From positions 143,570-207,569 of the forward strand of contig JAAVHS010000015.1 in assembly GCA_014799575.1 (NCBI GenBank): a stretch of DNA of 64,000 nt, in the 5' to 3' direction. Numbering within the stretch: position 1 is the first letter of the stretch; every line of letters begins with the position of its first letter. This document shows, piece after piece, positions 50,208 to 57,315 of this stretch. The position numbers and the translations under genes were made by a program. Below the pieces are notes generated by a model, which worked only from the letters and a program-made list of their open reading frames with translations, was not told the DNA's origin and did not search any database. This DNA is from Clostridiales bacterium. GTDB lineage: Bacteria > Bacillota > Clostridia > Christensenellales > UBA3700.

Positions 50208-51269
50208 GCTTACGCTATTCCCGGAAACGGTTGTTGATGTAGATCTTTGATTTGTCGATGTTTTCCACAAGCCATTGGCTGTGTCAGCATATCCTACTTC
50301 TGCAAAACTAGGCAACCATAGCCTATCGTTTCCCCATGCTAAATAAGAATCTGTATTTACCGTAGTACACGTGTAATAAATACGCGGACTGTTAGCCGTC
50401 GTATACTGATACATATTCTCCGTTATCGGCGCTCCCAAACAATCATTGTTTGCGTCATAAGAATATGACGAATGTAGAGCTTGTTTCTTTGCGCTCTCTT
50501 TTTCATTATTCTTTTGATAAGGCGTATTGTTAGGTATTTCTATGAAATCTGTCAAACTTCCCTTCATTCCGGGAGTTGTATTGGGCACTGTGAATTTTGC
50601 GTAAGTACTGCTTACTTGCTGCTGAATGTTTTCCGTTGCGCTTGTATTACTTCTTGCAAAATAACCGCCGTTGTTCAATACCGCTGTCGCCATTGCGCTT
50701 GTGCCGTAAGAGTTGGACGGATAAGTATTCACGCTGTTTGTACTATTGGTAGGATTCCATGCTATATTTACCCCTGTTGCCATAGCATTGGTACTCACGT
50801 TGTAATAATTAAGTGATATTGCGTCCGCTTGCCATAAAGTCAATATCGGATCGCCATTCGCATTCTGCGATAGATACGTCGCCGTCCACGGTTTTCCGTC
50901 TATCATTACAACTACGTCAGCTCCACCATTGTTAGTGCGGAAGTCTGCCGACGTCTTTTCCGTACTTCCAAGACCTTCAAGTGTAGCCGCTGTAGGATTG
51001 GTCACTCCTGATATCTTACTGACGAGTTTCCAAAATATCTCGCCGTTGAATACGTTACCCTTGCCTGTGGTATCATCCGCATATCCATCAAGCAACATCT
51101 CAGTCGTCGTATTATCATCTGCTTTCAATGCCGTATAATTACCTTGAAAGGCATTGGCTACTTCGCTACCATTAAATAATATCCCCACACAACTAAACAC
51201 TATTGCCAATACCAATATTGACACCAACGCTGTTGTTATTCTCTTATTTCTGCTTTTTTCATTATTCAT
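50181..51269 (-). CDS. Proximal part of the DGR target: signal peptide plus a WLRS-type (C-type-lectin/DUF6273-like) domain truncated in the VR
   Basis: 362 aa. TM/signal ITTALVSILVLAIVFSCVGILF. C-terminus ..RLWLPSFAEVGYAD..SVSYSWLRSAC-stop. Confidence 0.75.
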   Translation of the reverse strand: MNNEKSRNKRITTALVSILVLAIVFSCVGILFNGSEVANAFQGNYTALKADDNTTTEMLLDGYADDTTGKGNVFNGEIFWKLVSKISGVTNPTAATLEGLGSTEKTSADFRTNNGGADVVVMIDGKPWTATYLSQNANGDPILTLWQADAISLNYYNVSTNAMATGVNIAWNPTNSTNSVNTYPSNSYGTSAMATAVLNNGGYFARSNTSATENIQQQVSSTYAKFTVPNTTPGMKGSLTDFIEIPNNTPYQKNNEKESAKKQALHSSYSYDANNDCLGAPITENMYQYTTANSPRIYYTCTTVNTDSYLAWGNDRLWLPSFAEVGYADTANGLWKTSTNQRSTSTTVSGNSVSYSWLRSAC

Positions 51270-51550
51270 ACGATTTCTTCCTTTCTTGTCTTACTCTCTA
51301 ACAACTTGTCAATTGCGACTAGTTTAATGTCACATTTACTTCGTTTTTCGACATAATGACTCAATATAGAATTTTCGATACCTATACTTAATAATCATAC
51401 GCTATTAAAAAAAATTTTGCAAGGCTTTTTATAAAATTTATGGAATATGGGCGATTATTTATGATATTTTTACTAAATATTGATATATTTTCGCTTTCCT
51501 TTTACCTTTGCTCATTTTTATCATTATTTATGTCAATAACTTAAATGCTA

Positions 51551-51579
51551 TTGACATACAATATATTATATGATATAAT
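51551..51579 (+). promoter_or_regulatory. Consensus SigA promoter for the only plus-strand gene
   Basis: TTGACA (51551-51556), 17 nt, TATAAT (51574-51579). AAGGAAA RBS precedes the ATG at 51607. Confidence 0.7.
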
Positions 51580-51606
51580 CAACTTACCGAATAAGGAAAA
51601 TTTATT

Positions 51607-52071
51607 ATGTTTGTAAAAATCACATCTGTTGCTACTCTTCCCGATTATATCCTTCTCGTAGGATTTGTGTCAGGCGAATATAAGCAATTCGACTTAAAAC
51701 CGCTTATAGAAAAATATGCGCCGTTCAAATCTTTGGTAGAAGTGGAAGGCCTTTATGAACAAGTGAAAATCGACGTAGGCGGTTATGGTCTTGTCTGGAA
51801 CGACGATCTCGATATCGCCGCAGATGGAATTTATGACAAAGGTATTTCTTGCGCTCCTCCGAGCGACATAGAAACTTACAGACAAAAACTTGTCGAAGAG
51901 TTTGTCAAAGCGCGTAAGAACGCAGGTCTTTCTCAAAAACAACTCGAAATTCTTTCGGGGATTCCCCAACCATGTATCGCTCGAACGGAAAAAGGGTTAA
52001 CAGATCCGCAACTTACAACTTTACTAAAACTACTTTCCCCATTAGGTTTGACTCTTTCAATTACAAAATAA
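51607..52071 (+). CDS. DUF2442 domain / XRE-type HTH fusion protein
   Basis: 154 aa. N-terminal pattern V..LPDYILLVGFVSGEYKQFDL..DVGGYGLVWNDDLDIAADGIY fits DUF2442. C-terminal AGLSQKQLEILSGIPQPCIARTEKG is an HTH. Confidence 0.65.
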   Translation: MFVKITSVATLPDYILLVGFVSGEYKQFDLKPLIEKYAPFKSLVEVEGLYEQVKIDVGGYGLVWNDDLDIAADGIYDKGISCAPPSDIETYRQKLVEEFVKARKNAGLSQKQLEILSGIPQPCIARTEKGLTDPQLTTLLKLLSPLGLTLSITK

Positions 52072-52081
52072 GTTTATCCCC

Positions 52082-52271
52082 GAAGTGAGCCTTGCCGCCG
52101 TAGCAATAAAAGCATTAACCGTCATTACAGGACAAGGCTCTGTTTCGTCTTTGCCACTAACATTGTCGACAAAAACAGGACAAAAGTTTCCTTCATCTCT
52201 ATCTTATCTGTCCGCTCGACCGTGATCGATACGGATACGGGAATTCCTTGCCTAATAGCAAGTGAGTGAAG
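52082..52271 (-). ncRNA. TR1-flanking conserved segment (DGR spacer-like RNA, copy A)
   Basis: Blocks shared with 52483-52673: atccgtat.gat, agcggacaga, gagatgaagg, aaacagagccttgtcct, atgacgg, ggctcac (coding sense). The complementary gagcct(t)g / c(a)aggctc segments are kept in both copies. Confidence 0.45.
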
Positions 52272-52388
52272 CGCGGGCCGAACCGCGTTGGTATTATTGA
52301 CATTATTGTTATTCATAGAAGTGCCGGCGGCGGCTAGTCTGTATGAATTGTTGTAATTGTTATAATTAGCCGAACGCAGCCACGAATA
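52272..52388 (-). repeat. DGR template repeat TR1 (full length, adenine-rich)
   Basis: Coding sense encodes YSWLRSA-NYNNYNNSYRLAAAGTSMNNNNVNNTN-AVRPA. 12 of the 27 central codons are AAY. Confidence 0.8.
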
Positions 52389-52482
52389 ATACGGCAACCA
52401 GATACAAAAACTTCTACCCTGCGCCCATTATAGCATATCACTTACTGAAATATCAACTTTTTCTATAACATAAAGTAAAAAT

Positions 52483-52673
52483 GTGAGCCTCGCCATTTTT
52501 ACGCTAAAAGCAGTCATTGTTTTCCACCGTCATCGTAGGACAAGGCTCTGTTTTGTCTCTCCCGCCTTTGCGGTCAAGACTAGACGAAATCCCCTTCATC
52601 TCATATCTTCTGTCCGCTTGACCTTAATCAATACGGATGCTGGAAATACTTATCTTTTGACAAGCGAGTGAAG
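52483..52673 (-). ncRNA. TR2-flanking conserved segment (DGR spacer-like RNA, copy B)
   Basis: Homologous in blocks to 52082-52271. Directly follows TR2. Confidence 0.45.
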
Positions 52674-52731
52674 CGCGGGCCGAACCGCGGCCGGCGGCGG
52701 TAAACTAACAAGCCGAACGCAGCCACGAATA
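52674..52731 (-). repeat. DGR template repeat TR2 (deletion derivative, identical to the VR)
   Basis: Equals TR1 with a clean 35-nt deletion and 34 nt replaced by 10 nt. Carries the TR-type 3' flank CTTCACTCGCTTG. Confidence 0.7.
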
Positions 52732-52822
52732 CATACAAACCTCAAACAAAAGATTTCGCCGTGTGTATTATATTGTATATAATAATTTACTATCACTTCA
52801 ATAGATATAGTAATTTCTATGT

Positions 52823-54466
52823 CTACTGTCTGGCTTTTGATTTCATCCAACCGCTCAACATCTTCTTGACTTCGCAAACTTGCTTACCTATAAGCATGGC
52901 TTGTTTGTTTGTAATGGCCTGCTTAACCTTTGCGGTCTCAGCATAAAAGTCCAATAGACACAAGTTGACCATTGCTTGCTTTTGGTACTCGCTACGCTTT
53001 TCATCTCTTTCAAAATTTGCGTAGTACAAACTCTCTATGACTGACGTCGATGCGTCCATAAGCCTTGATACAATACTCCATCTCAATGTCTTTGGCGACT
53101 TTTCCGTGATAACAAAAATATACTCGCTCAATTTCTTTGCGCCTGTAAACACTTGCATTTCTCTGTCTTTGGGTTGATTGAAGTCAGTTATCTTAAAAGG
53201 CTTTTTCTCCCCTTCTTGCGTTTGGTTTTCAATTGTGTTTTCTTTGGTTTCTCCCAAAAGTTCATTCTTTATTTCTTGGTCTATGTCGTTCATCATCTCT
53301 TTCAAATACTCCTTTTGTCCTTCATACGTAGATAATTTTTTCTCTTCGGCAAATGCTTTTTCTTTCTCTTCGATCGGCTCTAATTTCCGCTCGATTTCTT
53401 TTGCAAACTTTATACTCTTTGCGTGTTTCAAATGACCGTGAAATGCTGCGCACGTTTGCCTTATTCGTTCAATATTTATCAGTCCCTCATAGTATCCTTT
53501 CTTTATTAGTTTCACTCGCCATCGGAATCTTCGCTTGGTTTGCTTCTTTATCGTCTTGACTATTTCCCCTTCAGGTGTAACAACAAATCTGTACCCAAGA
53601 TAAGTCACTCCGTTCTTTATCGGAAATATCTGTGTCTTGGAATTTAATTTCAAGCCTAGCCGCTTTACCAAATCTTCTATCCGTTCTTTGACGTACTTTA
53701 TGTATTCAAGGTTTTCGTGCATAAGTACGAAGTCATCCATATACCTTGAATATACCTTTATTCTCAACTGCTCTTTTATTAATCTATCCACGGGGTCAAG
53801 ATAAAACATTCCAAAAATTTGACTTGTCTGATTTCCAATCGGTATACCCCTTCCCGTCTCTTCGCCTTTGCCTAATGGCTCTATACCGTACTTAGTCAGA
53901 TAATCGGGACTTGTGCTGTATCCGTCAATTACGCCTTCTATCATCTTTCGTATGCGCTCGTCCACTATGCGAGTACAAACTACCGACTTTAACTTGTCAT
54001 GCGGTATGCTTGCAAAAAATTTGAGTACGTCGCACTTGAGAAAATACCCATTGACTCCATTCTTATCTATGTGTCTACGCAACATTTTTTCAAATCTATC
54101 CAATGCAAAATGACTGCCTTTGCCCTTTTGGCAAACACAATTATCATAAATTACCCTATTTGCAAAATATGGCATAAGCATATTATCGCATAAGACGTGC
54201 TGTATCACTCTGTCGCAATACCGCATATTTTGAATCTCTCGACGCTTGGGCTCAAATACTAAAAAGGTGTTATAGCCACCAAACTTAAATGTACCGTTTA
54301 TTAATTTCTTATGTAATTCGTAAATATTTCCTAATGCGGAAATTTCAAATTTTACTATGGGTTTCTTACTTCTACGAGAAGCCCTGCTCTTCAAGTGAGC
54401 TGCATAAAGATTTTCTATACTGAACAACTCTTCGTAAGTGTTCGTTATCAATTTATTTGTTTTCAA
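52823..54466 (-). CDS. DGR reverse transcriptase with C-terminal Avd-like domain
   Basis: 547 aa, TTG start with GGAG 5 nt upstream. RT motifs FEPKRREI, CQKGKGSHFA, GIPIGNQTSQ (the DGR-specific (I/L)GxxxSQ) and SRYMDDFVLM. C-terminal ~115 aa: SPKTLRWSIVSRL..ESLYYAN..EVKKMLSGWMKS, resembling the Avd four-helix bundle. Confidence 0.85.
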   Translation of the reverse strand: MKTNKLITNTYEELFSIENLYAAHLKSRASRRSKKPIVKFEISALGNIYELHKKLINGTFKFGGYNTFLVFEPKRREIQNMRYCDRVIQHVLCDNMLMPYFANRVIYDNCVCQKGKGSHFALDRFEKMLRRHIDKNGVNGYFLKCDVLKFFASIPHDKLKSVVCTRIVDERIRKMIEGVIDGYSTSPDYLTKYGIEPLGKGEETGRGIPIGNQTSQIFGMFYLDPVDRLIKEQLRIKVYSRYMDDFVLMHENLEYIKYVKERIEDLVKRLGLKLNSKTQIFPIKNGVTYLGYRFVVTPEGEIVKTIKKQTKRRFRWRVKLIKKGYYEGLINIERIRQTCAAFHGHLKHAKSIKFAKEIERKLEPIEEKEKAFAEEKKLSTYEGQKEYLKEMMNDIDQEIKNELLGETKENTIENQTQEGEKKPFKITDFNQPKDREMQVFTGAKKLSEYIFVITEKSPKTLRWSIVSRLMDASTSVIESLYYANFERDEKRSEYQKQAMVNLCLLDFYAETAKVKQAITNKQAMLIGKQVCEVKKMLSGWMKSKARQ

Positions 54467-54529
54467 GCAGCTCCGCCTATCTCTTCCGTGTATTCTTGAG
54501 ATATAGCAATGCCTTTCTCAATGCTACTG

Positions 54530-54559
54530 ATTTTATCAAATAATCTAAGTGATTGTCAA
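54530..54559 (-). promoter_or_regulatory. Candidate promoter of the RT gene
   Basis: Minus strand TTGACA, 18 nt, TAAAAT, ~60 nt upstream of the RT start. Confidence 0.5.
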
Positions 54560-54668
54560 TCAGTTACTATATTCTCTTTTTGGTAAATATTCCTATATCA
54601 TCTTTTATGATATATTTTTCATTCCATTGGGGATGGTGTTTCCTTTTTCCCTTTCGATGTTTCTAACT

Positions 54669-54703
54669 AAAAAAAATATAACCACACTTTTAAAAGATGT
54701 GGT
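54669..54703 (-). terminator. Rho-independent terminator after ORF 54713-55120
   Basis: Minus-strand ACCACA-UCUUUUAAAAG-UGUGGU followed by UAUAUUUUUUUU. Confidence 0.65.
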
Positions 54704-54712
54704 CATATCAAA

Positions 54713-55120
54713 TTAGTCATCTAAAAAAGATTTAAGACTCTCTCTTAAATTCTCTTCATGCTTCTTTAGTTTCTCGTCTTGTGCCTTAGTTCTAGGTTTT
54801 CCTTCAACAGAATTTATCTCAGCAAGTGTTTGCTCAATTTCAGGCTTTTGCTTCTGCCATTCTTCAATTTTTATTGCCATGCTTTCAATTTTTTTATCTA
54901 ATTTAAACCCTGAAATCACTGTATATAAAATTGCTGCAAAAGTCAACACTATTGAACATATTGCTGAAAAAATAGACCAAAATGTCGATTGGTCAATTTT
55001 CCCAATAATTCTTGCATAAATATCTAAACCAATGGCAATCAAAGTAACGACTACAATACTCGCAGATAATACAACTAATAGAATATTTCCTATATTGCGT
55101 TTTTTATTATGTCGTCCCAT
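54713..55120 (-). CDS. Two-TM membrane protein with coiled-coil tail, unknown function
   Basis: 135 aa. Helices ILLVVLSASIVVVTLIAIGL and FWSIFSAICSIVLTFAAILYTVI. C-terminus EENLRESLKSFLDD. Confidence 0.55.
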   Translation of the reverse strand: MGRHNKKRNIGNILLVVLSASIVVVTLIAIGLDIYARIIGKIDQSTFWSIFSAICSIVLTFAAILYTVISGFKLDKKIESMAIKIEEWQKQKPEIEQTLAEINSVEGKPRTKAQDEKLKKHEENLRESLKSFLDD

Positions 55121-55769
55121 CGGCGTGTCGTTCTCCCAACCAAAAATCTTGATTTGTTTCCCAAATAGGATGTAAAGTCATACCTGTAAGGATTCCTTCA
55201 ATACTTTTAGGTGATTCTGCTCTATACGCTAAAAAATAAATAAGATTTGCTTTTGCTTTTTTCCATTCATCATTGACCTTATCGGTATTGCAATGATAAC
55301 ATTTTATTTTTGTTTCATCAAACACCATAGGCAATAAATAATATGCTACTACTGCTTCATTGATGAAAAGAAATTTTGCTTTGAATTTCTTTAACTCTAA
55401 CTCAGAAAAACCATCTACTGTAAGATTTGCTATATCGCCTTCAACAAAAATAGGTTTACGCTTAATCCACCAATAGCCTAAATAAGCCGCTTCTTTAATT
55501 GCGTTAGCACATTTAACCGGATGAAATTCTTTTAGACGTTTTAAGTCTTCTACCGTATCTATAATGACTTGATTTAGCAGCAAATCATTAACTCTTATTT
55601 TAATAAAATCGCCGAAACCTTTAGCCACCAAATTGTTGCTTACTTCTTTAGCGACTCTTAACACTTCTTTTTTTAAATTTACTATATATTCTTGTTTAAA
55701 ACCGTGCTTCCTATCAATTACAGATTTTAGCTCTTTGTACTCTACAATCATGATCGTTCCTATTTCCAA
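55107..55769 (-). CDS. Hypothetical protein
   Basis: 220-aa ORF overlapping the downstream gene by 14 nt. No motif recognised. Confidence 0.55.
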   Translation of the reverse strand: MEIGTIMIVEYKELKSVIDRKHGFKQEYIVNLKKEVLRVAKEVSNNLVAKGFGDFIKIRVNDLLLNQVIIDTVEDLKRLKEFHPVKCANAIKEAAYLGYWWIKRKPIFVEGDIANLTVDGFSELELKKFKAKFLFINEAVVAYYLLPMVFDETKIKCYHCNTDKVNDEWKKAKANLIYFLAYRAESPKSIEGILTGMTLHPIWETNQDFWLGERHADGTT

Positions 55770-55770
55770 A

Positions 55771-55965
55771 TTAATCTTCTAAAAAAGATGAATATGATTT
55801 TCTAATATTTTCTTCCGTAAGTCTCTTACTGTCCCCATTATTAGAGAGCCTAAGCTGTGGAAACTTATCCGCTTTCAATACCGATATTATGTTTTTTGAT
55901 AAAGAATTTATATCCTTATCTGTTATATTCTCCATTTCAATTATATTATTATATACTCTTTTCAT
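55771..55965 (-). CDS. Hypothetical small protein
   Basis: 64 aa. Its C-terminus EENIRKSYSSFLED parallels the tail of the 135-aa protein. Confidence 0.45.
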   Translation of the reverse strand: MKRVYNNIIEMENITDKDINSLSKNIISVLKADKFPQLRLSNNGDSKRLTEENIRKSYSSFLED

Positions 55966-56008
55966 AAAACTTCACCAATTCTCAATCTCTCAGTTTTGAC
56001 CTAGCTCC

Positions 56009-56149
56009 TCAATTATTTCTCCTATTTTGCAATCTCATTTGTAGTAATTTCTTTTCTACAATAGGTCTAGTTGCATTTTGTACAAGTACTTCTACTTCCT
56101 CAGGAGTAGTATCTCCTGAAAGTATAACTTTATTGCTTCTAATAATCAT
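56009..56149 (-). CDS. Possible 46-aa small protein (not in the ORF track)
   Basis: ATG at 56147-56149 with GGAGG 5 nt upstream. Reads MIIRSNKVILSGDTTPEEVEVLVQNATRPIVEKKLLQMRLQNRRNN. Confidence 0.3.
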   Translation of the reverse strand: MIIRSNKVILSGDTTPEEVEVLVQNATRPIVEKKLLQMRLQNRRNN

Positions 56150-56234
56150 TCTATCCTCCAATTCGAAAAACGTGCTTAGATATTATACATATTAATATAT
56201 TTTAAGTCAAGCAATTTCATTGTGTTCCTAGTAT

Positions 56235-56468
56235 TTATTTTTCAATTTCGCTCAAAATATTTTCAAATATAGGAAGCCTTGCACCTAAAACAGTTTTGAT
56301 TGTTGCGGCTAACCCACCAACTTTGTATACTCTCTTTCGATTTTCGGGATCTGCCATAAGTTCTTTTACAAACTCAGTTAATTCCTCGTATGTAATTAGT
56401 TTAGATATTTGATCATCAATTTTTATTTTCAGTGCATTTGCAATTTCTCTAACATTGTTATAAGTCAT
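56235..56468 (-). CDS. Hypothetical small protein
   Basis: 77 aa with AGGAGG RBS and an upstream promoter. Confidence 0.5.
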   Translation of the reverse strand: MTYNNVREIANALKIKIDDQISKLITYEELTEFVKELMADPENRKRVYKVGGLAATIKTVLGARLPIFENILSEIEK

Positions 56469-56496
56469 ATAGCACCTCCTTTTTCTCTTTTACTAT

Positions 56497-56524
56497 ATTA
56501 TATCATATTCTCGAAAAAAGTCAA
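56497..56524 (-). promoter_or_regulatory. Candidate promoter for the 77-aa gene
   Basis: Minus strand TTGACT, 16 nt, TATAAT with an extended -10 TG. Confidence 0.5.
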
Positions 56525-56849
56525 TAATTTGATGATATTATTTTTTTTATATTTATCAATATTCTTGTATTTTACATACTTCCTGTACAATTTACATTTT
56601 TTCGGTAAATAACAAGTAAATTATTCCTTACCAAATAATGATTATTAACTTTAAATCAAAACAAATTCATTTATTTTTGATACTTTTTAAACTAAACAAA
56701 CTCATACAACTTTCCTCTGAATTTATGCTGAAATAGTATTCTGTTTAAGTAAATAATTCGCTCTATTCCTTATACTATGTTTCTATAAGTTCAATCAAGG
56801 CGAATCTGTGTTTAATTGTACCATAAAACCACTTGAAAAAAGTCGCCAA

Positions 56850-56922
56850 CCATAGGGTTGCGATACATACCTATAGATACCATTAGGTTGGAGATACTCT
56901 CTCGTACACATCTCGTACACAT
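56850..56922. repeat. Short direct repeats in the non-coding end region
   Basis: ccatagggttgcgatac (56850) and ccattaggttggagatac (56880). Tandem ctcgtacacat x2 (56901-56922). Further aaattagca x2 near 57010 and 57030. Confidence 0.6.
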
Positions 56923-57045
56923 TTCAGTCAAAAACAGATAAAAACGGAAAAAAACAAATTGAACCAAATTGAAATGATTTTTCTTGGTATGTGTCGATTT
57001 TAGCCATACAAATTAGCATTTATTGAACTAAATTAGCACATATAA

Positions 57046-57129
57046 AACTGCGATTTTTCCGTGGGTAACAACCCAATGGTAGGCGCTTCCGTATCTTGCG
57101 CAGTTGCAGTAGAAGAAGCTTTGAAGTAA
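57046..57129 (+). pseudogene. Orphan 3'-terminal fragment of an unidentified plus-strand gene (possible integration-target remnant)
   Basis: 27 codons NCDFSVGNNPMVGASVSCAVAVEEALK-stop preceded by an in-frame TAA. Followed by a plus-strand terminator. No upstream coding sequence. Confidence 0.4.
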
Positions 57130-57175
57130 TTCACCAACACAAAATATTGTGTTTTACTTAAATAAATAACAACAT

Positions 57176-57207
57176 ATAGCGGTCTTGAAAGAGACCGCTA
57201 TTTTTTA
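57176..57207 (+). terminator. Plus-strand rho-independent terminator
   Basis: atagcggtct-tgaaag-agaccgctat (10-bp stem) followed by T5-6. Confidence 0.7.
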
Positions 57208-57239
57208 TTAATTCGCATAATTTCGTATTGCGTTCTCAC

Positions 57240-57292
57240 CTCGTCCACATGCGTTAAAAAATGTGGACGAGAGTTGTATTTCCCGTCCACAT
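57240..57292 (-). terminator. Integrase-gene terminator with alternative pairing (three copies of cgtccacat/atgtggacg)
   Basis: atgtggacg (57261-57269) pairs with cgtccacat (57284-57292), followed by U6 on the minus strand. It can also pair with ctcgtccacat (57240-57250). Confidence 0.6.
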
Positions 57293-57315
57293 GAGTAATG
57301 TTTTCTTAATATGTG

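Larger units (their letters stand above)
44468..51269 (-). pseudogene. Probable single ~2,290-aa DGR target gene disrupted within its variable repeat
   Basis: The 362-aa ORF (signal peptide .. YSWLRSA) stops inside the VR. The 1836-aa frame reads ..AAVRPAFHLNL.. through the same VR. Relative to TR1 the VR lacks 59 nt, so it is frameshifted. Confidence 0.65.
1..57130. mobile_element. Body of a conjugative element (ICE or conjugative-plasmid-like): anti-restriction block, T4SS, relaxase, surface-protein operons, DGR. Left end lies outside the window; the right end is only approximate.
   Basis: Co-linear minus-strand genes for relaxase, T4CP, VirB4, a VirB6-like protein and a pilin-like protein, plus methyltransferases, ArdC-like proteins and a primase. 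Ends near a cluster of short direct repeats and a gene-3'-end remnant at 56.85-57.13 kb. Confidence 0.7.

Noticed and set aside
52125-52397. 90-aa ORF, and the 75-aa ORF at 52650-52877, spanning the template repeats
   Set aside because: They are read-through translations of TR1/TR2 and their flanks (the NYNNYNNSY.. stretch is the TR itself). They have no RBS and are better explained as non-coding DGR RNA.
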